From the NCBI GenBank assembly GCA_944363035.1, contig CALVTS010000004.1:601-64600 (forward strand): a stretch of DNA of 64,000 bases. The letters are read 5' to 3'. Below the pieces are notes generated by a model. The model ran no database searches, had not been told where the DNA came from, and saw only the letters and a program-made list of their open reading frames with translations. A program made the position numbers and the translations under genes. The stretch's first letter is position 1. Each line of letters opens with the position of its first letter. Positions 9,540 through 19,496 of this stretch are shown here, piece by piece. The stretch comes from an uncultured Clostridia bacterium. Lineage in GTDB: Bacteria > Bacillota > Clostridia > Christensenellales > CAG-917.

Positions 9540-10103
9540 TCACCCGAAGAGGGAATCCAGCAATTCTTTCACCCATGAGACGTACACTATCTCCTCGCCG
9601 TTTGAGGCGGGGAGGAAACAAAGAGGGGGAAACGCCACGCACCACCAGTTGTCCCCCTTGCCTTCGCCCAGGCTTATGATCAGCGCGTCATACACCCCCT
9701 CGGGGAAGACGTAGCCGTCGTAGACTCTCTCGGGGAAAGCCTCCTTTTTCAACGAAACACGCACGTCATAGTCAAAACCGTTTTCATAAAGCGTTGTTTT
9801 TGCGATATCGCGCAAATTTTCCTTTTCGTTTTCCAGAGTCTCCAACGCGTCCGAGCGGCAGGCGCAGTCCTCCAGTTTTTCGGAAAGATACGCGGTCACG
9901 CTGTCGCGCACGGCGAGTTTGACCCGTTGGTCCTCTTCGCCGTTGCTGTTGGCCCTGATATGTATCCTCACTACTTCTTCGGAAAGGGAGGCGGAGTTTT
10001 TCGGGAGCACGAAGTTCTCTTTCGCTCCGCAGGCGGTGAGGGCGGCGACCGCCGTGACGGCAATCGCAACAAGGAAAAATGCGAGCAGGTATTTCTTTTT
10101 CAT
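9540..10103 (-). CDS. spoIIR: Stage II sporulation protein R
   Basis: 187 aa with signal peptide. VVRIHIRANSNGEEDQRVKLAVRD and DNWWCVAFPPLCF are typical SpoIIR motifs. Confidence 0.88.
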   Translation of the reverse strand: MKKKYLLAFFLVAIAVTAVAALTACGAKENFVLPKNSASLSEEVVRIHIRANSNGEEDQRVKLAVRDSVTAYLSEKLEDCACRSDALETLENEKENLRDIAKTTLYENGFDYDVRVSLKKEAFPERVYDGYVFPEGVYDALIISLGEGKGDNWWCVAFPPLCFLPASNGEEIVYVSWVKELLDSLFG

Positions 10104-10189
10104 GATGACCTCGCGGGGAGTATTGCCTTTGAGGCGTTACGGTATACATAAAAATCTCACCGCCGCCGAAACTAGGCGCGGAGGTGACT

Positions 10190-11128
10190 ATGCAAAGCGC
10201 AAAAAAAGGGAAACTTCTGTTTTGCGGGATCGCGCTCGCGCTTGCCCTCCTGATGTGCGCCGTCTGCCTGTTTGCGGCGGCTGAGGATACCGCAAGCGCG
10301 GCAAATCTCGGGCAGGGTAGCACTGGGGACAAGGTGAGCGAGATGCAACGCAAGCTCAAAAACTGGGGATATTACGACGGCTCGGTGGACGGCATATTCG
10401 GTTCGGGCACGAGAAAGGCGGTGGAGTATTTCCAGCGCACCAACGGACTCACACCCGACGGCGTGGTGGGACGCGCGACTGCGGCGGCTCTCGGCATGAC
10501 CCTTTCCGGGAGTTCCTCGGGAGGGAACGAGTCGTCTTCCGGAGTCCTGCGCAGGGGTAGCTCGGGAGACAGGGTGAGCGAGATGCAACGCAAACTCAAA
10601 AACTGGGGATATTACGAGGGCTCGGTGGACGGCGTGTTCGGTCAGGGCACCGAGAGCGCGATCAAGTATTTCCAGCGCACCAACGGGCTCACGCCGGACG
10701 GCGTGGTGGGACGCGCGACTGCGGCGGCTCTCGGCATGACTCTTTCGGGGAGTTCCTCGGGCGGCGGCGAAAGCGTGTCCTCCTCCGATCTCGAACTGCT
10801 CGCGCGCGTGGTGTACGGCGAGGCGAGAGGGGAGGAATATATCGGTCAGGTAGCGGTCGCCGCCGTGGTGCTCAACCGCGTGGCGAGCCCGAGTTTCCCG
10901 GGCACCATCGCGGGGGTGGTGTATCAGGCGGGCGCATTCGACTGCGTGGCGGACGGGCAGATAAACCTCTCTCCCGACGACACCGCGAGGAGGGCGGCGC
11001 AGGACGCGCTGAACGGCTGGGATCCGACCTACGGCTGTCTGTTTTATTACAATCCGCGCACGGCGACTTCGGCGTGGATGCTGTCAAGACCCGTCAAACT
11101 TGTCATCGGACAACACAATTTCTGCTAG
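10190..11128 (+). CDS. sleB: Spore cortex-lytic enzyme SleB (two PG_binding_1 domains plus SleB/CwlJ hydrolase domain)
   Basis: ATG at 10190, 5 nt after GGAGG (track start 10184 is GTG). Duplicated GSSGDxVSEMQRKLKNWGYY...GLTPDGVVG modules. C-terminal LLARVVYGEARGEEYIGQVAVAAVVLNRV. Confidence 0.9.
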   Translation: MQSAKKGKLLFCGIALALALLMCAVCLFAAAEDTASAANLGQGSTGDKVSEMQRKLKNWGYYDGSVDGIFGSGTRKAVEYFQRTNGLTPDGVVGRATAAALGMTLSGSSSGGNESSSGVLRRGSSGDRVSEMQRKLKNWGYYEGSVDGVFGQGTESAIKYFQRTNGLTPDGVVGRATAAALGMTLSGSSSGGGESVSSSDLELLARVVYGEARGEEYIGQVAVAAVVLNRVASPSFPGTIAGVVYQAGAFDCVADGQINLSPDDTARRAAQDALNGWDPTYGCLFYYNPRTATSAWMLSRPVKLVIGQHNFC

Positions 11129-11137
11129 GAGGACGCA

Positions 11138-12577
11138 ATGAGACCTAAAAATTTAGAGGAAAAGAAGCAGGCTCTCGAAGCCTATGCCGCCGAGCTCGCC
11201 GAGGAGGACAACGGCGCGGGAAAGAGAGGGGCGAAACGCGCGAAGAAGAAGCGCGCCGCAAAGACCGCGGTGTTCTCGGTGACGGCGGCGCTTGCGGTGG
11301 GAGCGATAGCGGGGCTCTCGGTCGCGCTGGCGTACAGCGAGGATATGAACTCTCTCCGCTCGGAATATATGCGGGATATGGAGGGAGTGTACACCCGCCA
11401 CTATTACGACCTCAGCGACAGCGCGAACGCGCTGGACGTCGCGCTAGGCAAACTCAACGCGGCTTACACCGCCTCTGCCCAGCAGGACATCCTCTACGAC
11501 GTCTGGAACGCGGCGGGGCTTGCCGGGGTGAGCCTCTCGGCGTTCGAGGGAGGAGAGGAGGGCGTCATGCAGGCGAGCAAGTTCGTCAACCAGACGGGGG
11601 ATTACGCGCACTATCTCGCCGAAAGGCTGGACGACGGCGAGCCTCTCTCCCGCGAGGAGACGGAAAAGCTCGCGAAGCTCCGCGCGATGACGGGGGTGCT
11701 CCGCCGCGCGCTGGGCGAAACGCGGGAGGGCATCTCGGAGGGCAGGCTCTTTTTGGGGGAGGACGGGATGCTTTCAGAGCTCACGGGCGCGTTCGACGCA
11801 TTCGCCGACCCCGAGGTGGACTATCCCGAGATGATATACGACGGGCCCTTTTCGGACGCGTTGGAACACCGTGAGTGCAAGGCGGTGAAGGGTATGGAAA
11901 GGATAACTCCCGAGGAGGGCGCGGAGCTTTTGAGGGAGTATATCGCGGACGCTTCGGCGATAGAGTATCTCGACCGCACGGAGTCCGACGCGGTGACCCT
12001 CAATTATTCCGTGACGACGGAGGCGGGACGCGGGTTTGCCCAGCTCACCGAGGAGGGCGGGATGCTCATTGCGTACAACATCCTGCCCGAAAGGCGCGCG
12101 GCGGCGGAGGGAGATCCGCAGGCGTGCGCGGTCGCGAGGGCTTTCGCAAAAAGAGCGGGCTACGGAGACCTCGCGGTGGTGTGGTGCGCGTCGGCGCAGG
12201 GGACGACCTATGTCAATCTCACTCCCGTGCAGGACGGCGCGGTGCTATATCCCGATCTCATCAAGGTCAAGGTGGACGAGGGGAGCGGGGAAGTGACGGG
12301 CTTGGACGCGACGCACTACCTTTACAATCACACCGACCGCACCCTGCCCGAGGCGAAACTGACCGTGGCAGAAGCGGAGGCAAAACTCTCCCTGCCCGCG
12401 GTGAGCGAAGGCAGGCTCGCGCTCATCCCGATGGACGAGACCAAAGAGGTGCTCACCTACGAATTCGAGTGCGAGAGGGAGGGGACCTATTTCGTGTATA
12501 TCGACGCCCTGACGGGGGAGGAGACCAACATCCTCTATGTCATCGACGACACCGAGCAAGGGGAGATGCTGATGTGA
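11138..12577 (+). CDS. ypeB: Germination protein YpeB
   Basis: 479 aa, N-terminal TM segment, PepSY-like C-terminal repeats. Immediately downstream of sleB as in the sleB-ypeB operon. Confidence 0.8.
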   Translation: MRPKNLEEKKQALEAYAAELAEEDNGAGKRGAKRAKKKRAAKTAVFSVTAALAVGAIAGLSVALAYSEDMNSLRSEYMRDMEGVYTRHYYDLSDSANALDVALGKLNAAYTASAQQDILYDVWNAAGLAGVSLSAFEGGEEGVMQASKFVNQTGDYAHYLAERLDDGEPLSREETEKLAKLRAMTGVLRRALGETREGISEGRLFLGEDGMLSELTGAFDAFADPEVDYPEMIYDGPFSDALEHRECKAVKGMERITPEEGAELLREYIADASAIEYLDRTESDAVTLNYSVTTEAGRGFAQLTEEGGMLIAYNILPERRAAAEGDPQACAVARAFAKRAGYGDLAVVWCASAQGTTYVNLTPVQDGAVLYPDLIKVKVDEGSGEVTGLDATHYLYNHTDRTLPEAKLTVAEAEAKLSLPAVSEGRLALIPMDETKEVLTYEFECEREGTYFVYIDALTGEETNILYVIDDTEQGEMLM

Positions 12578-12676
12578 CGCGCTCCTTTCGGCAGAGTGAC
12601 CCCCCGCACGACGTAATACGCCCGCGCCCTGCCTAAGAGCCCTGCGTCAGGAAAGAGAAGAATAAGGATAATATGC

Positions 12677-12703
12677 AAAAACGCACGTTCACCGTGCGTT
12701 TTT
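12677..12703. terminator. Bidirectional intrinsic terminator between convergent ypeB and the kinase gene
   Basis: AAAAACGCACG-ttcac-CGTGCGTTTTT. Confidence 0.75.
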
Positions 12704-12725
12704 GTGTTGTAAACGCGGTGATATG

Positions 12726-14291
12726 TCAGCTTTTCGGCACGGGGTACTTGCGGTTGTAGGCGCGGATGTTGATGAAGGTCTTCCTGTTTTTGCGGTAGAT
12801 GCGCTCGTACACCGTGTGGTAGATCTGCATATATTTTTCGTGATTCTTCATGTCGGGCATATAGCACTTGTCCTCGTGCACCATGCGGGATATCGCCTGT
12901 TGAGGGGTCTTGAAAGTGCCCAGCCCCATATACGTGAGCATGGCGCAACCCAACGCGCTGTTCTCGTATGTCTGCGTCTTGCAGACGGGGAGCCCGAGGA
13001 TGTCGGCGAGGATGCGGCACACGCGGTCTGAGGTGGAGCCGCCGCCCGAGATCATCACGCTCTTGATGTTGTATCCCGCGCGCTCCTGCATACTCATGAG
13101 ACCCTCGTAGAGCCCGTAGCCTATGCCCTCTATTATGGCGCGGTAGAAATGCGCGCGCGTGTGCACGTCCGAAAAACCTATCATGGTGCCCTTCGCCCAC
13201 GGGATCTTGATCTTGGGAGACCAGTAGGGTTGGAGCACGAGCCCTTCGTTGCCCACGGGGGTGACGTCAAGCAGTTCGTCCAGAAGCTCCTCGGGGGAGC
13301 ACCCGAGCTCGGCGGCGCGCACGCACTCCTTTTCGCCGAACTGTTCCTTGAACCAGGTCACCATCCAGCACCCGCGGAATATCTCCACCTCGGGGTTGTA
13401 CAGCCCCTTTATGACGGCGGGATAGGGAGGCATGAAAGCCTCGGGTTCGACGTACTTGCGGGTGGTGAACTGTATCGTGGCGGTGGTGCCCATGCTGATG
13501 GACGCCTTGTCGGGTCCGAGCACCCCCGAGCCGAAGGTCTCGCAGCCCTTGTCCGAGCCGCACGCGATGACGGGCAGACCCTCTTTGAGCCCCGTCTCAG
13601 CCGCCGCTTTCGCGGTGATGTGTCCGAGGACGGAGGTGGAATCCACGATGTCTATCATCTTGTCCGCGCCCGCGTCCGTGAGATAGGTGTTGATGACCTT
13701 TTTTGTCTGCCACTTCTGATGCTTGTAGTCAAAGGGGAGGTGTCCTATCTGGGACGCCACGCTGTCGCAGAGGTTGCCCGTCAGGCGGAAGTTGATGTAG
13801 CCTGAGAGCTGGATTATTTTGTGGGTGTTTTCCCACACTTCGGGTTCGTTTTCGTGCACCCAGTTCATCTTGGTGACCTTGCGGATGCCGCAGTAAGGCT
13901 CCCACATCTTCGCGGCTTTGAGGATGAGCTTCTGCGAGAAGGGGATCGCCTCCTCCACACGGGAGCACTCGCGCTCGTCCAGCCACACCATGAAGGGGCG
14001 GAGCACCTTGCCGTTCTTGTCCACGAATGTGATGGTGTCGCGGATGGTGGTCACGCCGACGGCGACGATGCGGTCGAACCCGAGAGGATATTCCTCTTTG
14101 AGGCGGTGCACCGCTTTCACCATATTGTCCCAGTAGGTCTCGGGATACTGTTCCGCCCAGCCGCTGTTCAGCGAAAAATACGGGGTGAAAGGCACTTTCG
14201 CCTTGCAAATCTCCATGCCGCGGTCGTTGTATATTATCGCGCGGACGCTCTGCGTGCCGAAATCGACGGAAAGTACGTAATCGTTGCTCAT
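12726..14291 (-). CDS. FGGY-family carbohydrate kinase (xylulokinase/glycerol-kinase-like)
   Basis: ATG at 14291 after AAGGGAG (track start 14312 is TTG). N-terminal VDFGTQSVRA and C-terminal ISGGGSTS FGGY signatures. Confidence 0.85.
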   Translation of the reverse strand: MSNDYVLSVDFGTQSVRAIIYNDRGMEICKAKVPFTPYFSLNSGWAEQYPETYWDNMVKAVHRLKEEYPLGFDRIVAVGVTTIRDTITFVDKNGKVLRPFMVWLDERECSRVEEAIPFSQKLILKAAKMWEPYCGIRKVTKMNWVHENEPEVWENTHKIIQLSGYINFRLTGNLCDSVASQIGHLPFDYKHQKWQTKKVINTYLTDAGADKMIDIVDSTSVLGHITAKAAAETGLKEGLPVIACGSDKGCETFGSGVLGPDKASISMGTTATIQFTTRKYVEPEAFMPPYPAVIKGLYNPEVEIFRGCWMVTWFKEQFGEKECVRAAELGCSPEELLDELLDVTPVGNEGLVLQPYWSPKIKIPWAKGTMIGFSDVHTRAHFYRAIIEGIGYGLYEGLMSMQERAGYNIKSVMISGGGSTSDRVCRILADILGLPVCKTQTYENSALGCAMLTYMGLGTFKTPQQAISRMVHEDKCYMPDMKNHEKYMQIYHTVYERIYRKNRKTFINIRAYNRKYPVPKS

Positions 14292-14545
14292 AAATTCTCC
14301 CTTTGACGTCAAAAAACGCTCAAATTAAGCATACACCTCACCGAAAAGTGTGTCAATAGACAACAAAAGGCGGGTGTCGTTTTAGCGCGGAGAGAGGCGG
14401 GTCAAGAACGCGTGCGCGACCGCTGAAAAGGCGAAAAATAGTCTTTGCCGTTAACGGAGGCTTAAATCAGGCTTACAAAAAGGGAGAACGAGCGAGGATA
14501 CGGAAGGTTCGGGAGGTAGATGAAGATGGGAGGAGGAAGGGGAGG

Positions 14546-14578
14546 GCAAAAAGAAAAGGCGGCGTTTGCGCCGCCTTT
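14546..14578 (-). terminator. Intrinsic terminator after the BNR lipoprotein gene
   Basis: Minus strand reads GGCGGCG-caaa-CGCCGCC followed by TTTTCTTTTT. Confidence 0.7.
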
Positions 14579-14603
14579 CGGATGTGTTGAGTCGGATCCG
14601 TCG

Positions 14604-16142
14604 TCAGTCCAGAGGAATGCCCGCGAGGTCGAAGAGGTCGGTCACGGTGAAGCGCTTGGACATGATATAGGTGTCGCCGCCGCGTTCCGGATCGTCCGCA
14701 GGGGAGAAGGTTCCGTATGCGGCGGTGACAAAGGTGCCGTCGTCATAAACGACCAGCCCCGCATATCCGGTGTCCGCGTTGGCGAATTCCTGTATCTCGG
14801 TGTCTCCGGCGTTGTAGGTGTGCGCCATCTTGACGAGCATATCGCCGTGTCCGTCCGCACCCAGTTTGAGGTCCTCGTAGTCGCCGATCCAGGTCACCCA
14901 GCCGCGGGATTTCCAGTTGTAGGGCTCGGTGATGTTCCTTCTATAAAAGATGTTGCGCATGGTGATGACCAGCTTGCCCGTGACGGGGTCGTATTCCGCC
15001 TTATGTCTTTCTCCCGTGAGCTCGGCAGAGAGGGTCTGCGGCTCGCTCCAAGTCTCGCCCTCGTCAGTCGAGAAGGTGACGTAGGAGAAGGAATTCTTGG
15101 AGTTGACGCGGAAGATCGCGGCAAGTTCGTTCCCGTCGGGGGAGCGGAGGACTTCCGTCTCGCAGAATGCGTAGCCGCCTATGTCGAGGATGGGGATGTA
15201 ATTCTCCTCATATTCTCTCCACTCGCCGTTCTGTCCCAGCATACGCACGGGCTCGGACCACTCCATCTGTCCCTCTTCGTTGAAGGTGAGATAGGTCTTG
15301 TAGACGGTGAAGTTCCTGTCGTCGTGGTAGAGCCCCATCCATTTGTCGATGAAGTTGCCGTTTTCGTCCTTCATTTGGGTGAGACTGCTCATCGCGACGA
15401 CGGCGTCGAATTTTTTCGCGCCGCCGAGGCGGTAGTACTCTTCGCGCACGGCGTTGGGACCGTAGAAGTTTTCAAGCTCCGACCACACCAGCCCGTCGCA
15501 TCCGCCGTCGGGATCGAGGGATACGGACACAGCCGCGTCCCAGCCTTCGCCCAGGTTGCCTTCTGCGGGCCAGCTGGGACGTCCCGCGATGAGGACGAGC
15601 TTTTGGGTGCCGTCGGTGAAGTTGAGTTTATAGATGGTGGGGGTCTCCTCGGTGCCTGCGTAGCACTCGGGCAGATCCAGCGTCTCCCAGGTCAAGCCCC
15701 TGTCATGGCTTATGCGCATGAACGTGCCGCCCGTGCCGTGACCGAGAGAGAACGCGGTGATGATGTCCCCGTTGTCCAGCAGGACGCTGTCGGGATGGGC
15801 GAGGTAGCTCCTGCCCGTGATGGCTTCGTCGCCGAGCACCACTTGGTCGTAAAGGTAGGAGTACTGTTCGGGAGTGCCTGCGGGCATGGCGGAAAGATCG
15901 ACGATCACGGGATAGGGATCTTCTTTCACGGGATCGTTTTCGGGGAGGGAAGGCTCCGTCGTTTCGTCGGTATCGACCGTGTCGTCCGCGGCGCCGACCG
16001 CGTCGTCGGAGACAGGCGCGGAGGGAAGCGGAGCCGTCGTCTCGGCAGAGACTCCTTTTGCGGGATCGTCGTCACAGCCTGCAAGTACAAAGGGCAATGC
16101 CATAATGAGGATGAGCACAAGCGCCAAAACACGTTTTTTCAT
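14604..16142 (-). CDS. Secreted lipoprotein with BNR/Asp-box repeats (sialidase-like glycoside hydrolase fold)
   Basis: ATG at 16142 after AAGGAGTG gives MKKRVLALVLILIMALPFVLAGC (lipobox). Asp-boxes SHDRGLTW and STDEGETW. Confidence 0.75.
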   Translation of the reverse strand: MKKRVLALVLILIMALPFVLAGCDDDPAKGVSAETTAPLPSAPVSDDAVGAADDTVDTDETTEPSLPENDPVKEDPYPVIVDLSAMPAGTPEQYSYLYDQVVLGDEAITGRSYLAHPDSVLLDNGDIITAFSLGHGTGGTFMRISHDRGLTWETLDLPECYAGTEETPTIYKLNFTDGTQKLVLIAGRPSWPAEGNLGEGWDAAVSVSLDPDGGCDGLVWSELENFYGPNAVREEYYRLGGAKKFDAVVAMSSLTQMKDENGNFIDKWMGLYHDDRNFTVYKTYLTFNEEGQMEWSEPVRMLGQNGEWREYEENYIPILDIGGYAFCETEVLRSPDGNELAAIFRVNSKNSFSYVTFSTDEGETWSEPQTLSAELTGERHKAEYDPVTGKLVITMRNIFYRRNITEPYNWKSRGWVTWIGDYEDLKLGADGHGDMLVKMAHTYNAGDTEIQEFANADTGYAGLVVYDDGTFVTAAYGTFSPADDPERGGDTYIMSKRFTVTDLFDLAGIPLD

Positions 16143-16434
16143 GATATCACTCCTTAAGCCCGCGGGTCGTATAAGCCCACACACTAAAAGTATGTAACAC
16201 TTCTCAAAGGGTGTCAAGCAAAAGAATTTATGCTTAAATTATATAAAAATATAGGCGCGCGCCCTTTCCCGCACCCCAAGATGTGGACGCGGCGCGCATG
16301 GCGTCCGCACGCGGATACGGATAGCGTGACAGGTGTCGGACGAGGAGCATTTGACAATTTTTTTACACTCTTTCCCAACGATCGTGACATCCGTTTTTTA
16401 TCATCGAGGCAGAAAGAAACTTCGGGAGGCAACG

Positions 16435-16746
16435 ATGAGCACAAAAGAATTGACCATGATGTCCGATATATGTCCCGCTCGTGAGCGCGCCGAAAAGAAT
16501 GCCCGCGCTCGTGTGAAGAAAGCGTCCCTCGCGTCGATGTTGCGCGCCGCATTTTCCTCCTTCGTGACAGCCGCGGGAGCGGCGTCCTTCGGGTTCGGAT
16601 TCGCCCTGCTTGCCGAAAGACAGAAGGACCTCGGTTTCATAGACGTCGTCATCGCTCTTGCGGTCACGGCGGGAGCAGCGCTTGCGGTTTGCGGGATAGT
16701 CTCCCTCGTGCGTATGTTCAGAGAGGGGAGGAGCGCCGCCGAATAA
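16435..16746 (+). CDS. Small hypothetical membrane protein (103 aa)
   Basis: ATG at 16435 after GGGAGG. Two predicted TM segments. No recognised family. Confidence 0.5.
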   Translation: MSTKELTMMSDICPARERAEKNARARVKKASLASMLRAAFSSFVTAAGAASFGFGFALLAERQKDLGFIDVVIALAVTAGAALAVCGIVSLVRMFREGRSAAE

Positions 16747-16762
16747 GGCTTCGCGCAATGTG

Positions 16763-18277
16763 ATGAAAAATACGAATTACGTTGTAAGAGGCAAGGAAAA
16801 GTTCGGCTACGGCTTTGCCGCGGTCGGCAGTTATATGGTGTCCGGCATAGTGTCCTCCTATTTTCTGAGCTATGTCACGGACATCCTCATCGTGGAATCC
16901 TGGGCGTTCATCATCGCCCTCATCCTCGTGGGCAGGATCAGCGACATGATCACGGATCCGCTCATGGGCATCATTGTGGACAAGACGCGCACAAAGGCGG
17001 GGAAGATGCGTCCCTACGTCAAAGTAGGCGCGTTTTTCATAGGCATAGTCGCCATACTGATGTACTTCCCGCTTGCGGGAGAACAGCCCGCGAAAATGGC
17101 GTGGGCGATGATAATGTACGTCGGGTTCGGGCTGGCATATACGCTTGTTGACGTGCCCGCGATGGGCATGATGAGCGTCGCCACCCCCGACAAGGATGAG
17201 CGCGCATCTCTTTTGTCCTTTTACGTCACGGTGGGGTCCGTCGGCGGGCTCATGCCCACCGTGATATACATGGTGCTGGACTTCTTCGTCCCCTCCAAGT
17301 GGGTATACTTCGTGCTCGCGGTCATAGTCGGCATAGTGGCGTTCGCCGCCTATCTGTACCTCTATTTCCACAGCAAGGAGAGGTTTTCCACCGTCACCGA
17401 GCAGATAAAGGTCAAGGATATGGTCAGAGCCGTGGCGAAAAACAAGCCCATGGCGCTCGCCCTCCTCATGTCCATGCTCGCCTCCCCGAGATACATGATA
17501 ATGTCCGTGGCGGTGTACATCTCCACCTACGTCGTCATCATCCCCGGGCTGGAAGCGGGCACCGTGCTCCTGCTGCTCTACGTCGTCGTGGGCGTCGGGA
17601 TGTTCGCGGGCATACTGCTCACCCCGCCCGCATACAAAAAGCTCGGCTACAAAAACGCCGCCCTGCTTTACGGCGGGATAGGCGCGGTGTTTTTGGGATG
17701 CGGCTTCGGCGTGGGCACGGTCAATATCTTCGCCGCGCTCCCGTTCATGACCATAGGCGGGCTCGGGCTCGGCGCGTACAACACCCTCCCGTACCCCATG
17801 GTCGGCGACAGTCTGGATTATCTCGAATGGAAGACGGGGGAGAGGATGGAAGGCATCTGTTTCAGCCTCAATTCCTTCGTCACCAAGTTCAACAACGCCG
17901 TGGGCGTGCTCGGAGTCATCGTCGGGCTCATGGTGGTCGGCTACGTACAGCCCGAGGTGTCGGGAGAGTTTTTGGAACAGAGCGTATCCACCCGCAACGG
18001 GATGTTCGCGCTGGCTACGCTGGTGCCCGCGATAGGATTCGCCCTCTCCCTCATCCCCATGCTCTTTTACGATTTCACGGGCAAGCGCAGGGAGAAGATA
18101 CTTGCCGAGCTCGAGGAGCGCCGCGCCGCAAAAGCGGCGGCGACCGCAGGCGAAGTCGTGATAGAGGAGGAGGCGTGTCCCTCCCTCACCGAGACGGTGT
18201 TCGAAACAGAGACCGCAAAGGGGCTCCCCGCCGAGGAGAGCGCGGGAGAGGAGAGCGCGCCCGTCCGAGAAAGATGA
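16763..18277 (+). CDS. Glycoside-pentoside-hexuronide (GPH):cation symporter family transporter
   Basis: ~500 aa, 12-TM layout. N-terminal KEKFGYGFAAVGSYMVSGIVSSYFLSYVTD and RISDMITDPLMGIIVDKT are typical of MelB/GPH. Start 16760 (GTG) or 16763 (ATG). Confidence 0.8.
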   Translation: MKNTNYVVRGKEKFGYGFAAVGSYMVSGIVSSYFLSYVTDILIVESWAFIIALILVGRISDMITDPLMGIIVDKTRTKAGKMRPYVKVGAFFIGIVAILMYFPLAGEQPAKMAWAMIMYVGFGLAYTLVDVPAMGMMSVATPDKDERASLLSFYVTVGSVGGLMPTVIYMVLDFFVPSKWVYFVLAVIVGIVAFAAYLYLYFHSKERFSTVTEQIKVKDMVRAVAKNKPMALALLMSMLASPRYMIMSVAVYISTYVVIIPGLEAGTVLLLLYVVVGVGMFAGILLTPPAYKKLGYKNAALLYGGIGAVFLGCGFGVGTVNIFAALPFMTIGGLGLGAYNTLPYPMVGDSLDYLEWKTGERMEGICFSLNSFVTKFNNAVGVLGVIVGLMVVGYVQPEVSGEFLEQSVSTRNGMFALATLVPAIGFALSLIPMLFYDFTGKRREKILAELEERRAAKAAATAGEVVIEEEACPSLTETVFETETAKGLPAEESAGEESAPVRER

Positions 18278-18287
18278 ACGAAATTTT

Positions 18288-19496
18288 ATGAAGCTTGTTT
18301 CCGATATTCGAAAGATCGTTGTCCCTCGTCAACTGCGGGTCGGAGTGGTTTCCGACTCGCAGTTGACACCTTATCCCCATAAGACTCCCACCACTTTCGA
18401 GCGCAATCTGCTTGCCGCCTGCCGCACCATGAAAGCGCTCGGATGCAACTTCGTGGTGTACGCCGGCGACATCTGCAACCGCGCCTCGAAGAGAGGGTAT
18501 GAAACGTACAAACGGTGTTTTGATGCCGCATTCGGTGAGGATAAACCCGTTGTTTTGTCGATAATGGGGAATCACGACTACTATTTCCATCCCTGCCCGC
18601 GCCACCTTTTCGAGAGGGAGCTGGGGCAAAGCCCGTGGACGCATTACGTCGTCAACGGCTGGCATTTCATCGGCGCGTCGCCCGACGGATGCGGTATGCA
18701 CCGAGGCTATTCGAGGGTGCGCGGTTGGCTGGAAAGAGAGCTGACCGCCGCAACGTCCGACGGCTCTTCCCGCCCCGTCTTCGTCGTCACGCACAACGCT
18801 CCTCGCGGCACGGTGTACGGCAGCGACCGCTGGGGGGACGACAGCCTTGCCGGGCTCTTCGACGCCTATCCCCGCGTGGTCAATTTTTCGGGGCATACCC
18901 ATTACTCCCTCCTGGATGAGAGAAGTTTTTGGAGGGGGAGATTTGCGGCTTTCAACACCCAGTCCCTCTCCTACGTCGAGATGGAAAAGGGAAAGGCGAA
19001 CGGAAGCGTGCCTCCGCTTGCCCACTCCGCGCCCATGGGCTACGTCATGGATCTTGAGGGTGACACCGCGACGGTGATGAGGTATAATATGCTCACGGGA
19101 AAGGAAGAGCTCCCCGAAAGGCGGGTCATATTGCCCGCGCGCGGGAGCGCGCCCTCTTCCTCTCCTCCCGTGTTCGGGAGGGGCGGCGGCAGAGCGCGGA
19201 ATACCCCCGAGGGGACGCTCATCACATTCCCGAGAGCGAAAAACGCGCATTCCTATGAGCTTGGCTATCCCGACGGCGAGGTGCAGACCTATTTTTCGGA
19301 TTTCTACCTCGGCGACCGCGAGGATGGGGAGGAAGAGACTCTCCTCATCTTCGGCAGGAGGGCGGGAAGGACGGACATCACCGTGACCGCGCTGTCCTCC
19401 TCGGGAGAGAGGAGCGCGGAGAGCATAGTGATAAAGGGCGCGGATGTGCTCGCCCGCAAATATCGCAGAAAACTCGCACCGGAGATATGGTACTGA
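18288..19496 (+). CDS. Calcineurin-like metallophosphoesterase
   Basis: Motifs SDSQ, AGDICN, GNHDYY, GHTHYS in canonical order. Confidence 0.8.
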   Translation: MKLVSDIRKIVVPRQLRVGVVSDSQLTPYPHKTPTTFERNLLAACRTMKALGCNFVVYAGDICNRASKRGYETYKRCFDAAFGEDKPVVLSIMGNHDYYFHPCPRHLFERELGQSPWTHYVVNGWHFIGASPDGCGMHRGYSRVRGWLERELTAATSDGSSRPVFVVTHNAPRGTVYGSDRWGDDSLAGLFDAYPRVVNFSGHTHYSLLDERSFWRGRFAAFNTQSLSYVEMEKGKANGSVPPLAHSAPMGYVMDLEGDTATVMRYNMLTGKEELPERRVILPARGSAPSSSPPVFGRGGGRARNTPEGTLITFPRAKNAHSYELGYPDGEVQTYFSDFYLGDREDGEEETLLIFGRRAGRTDITVTALSSSGERSAESIVIKGADVLARKYRRKLAPEIWY

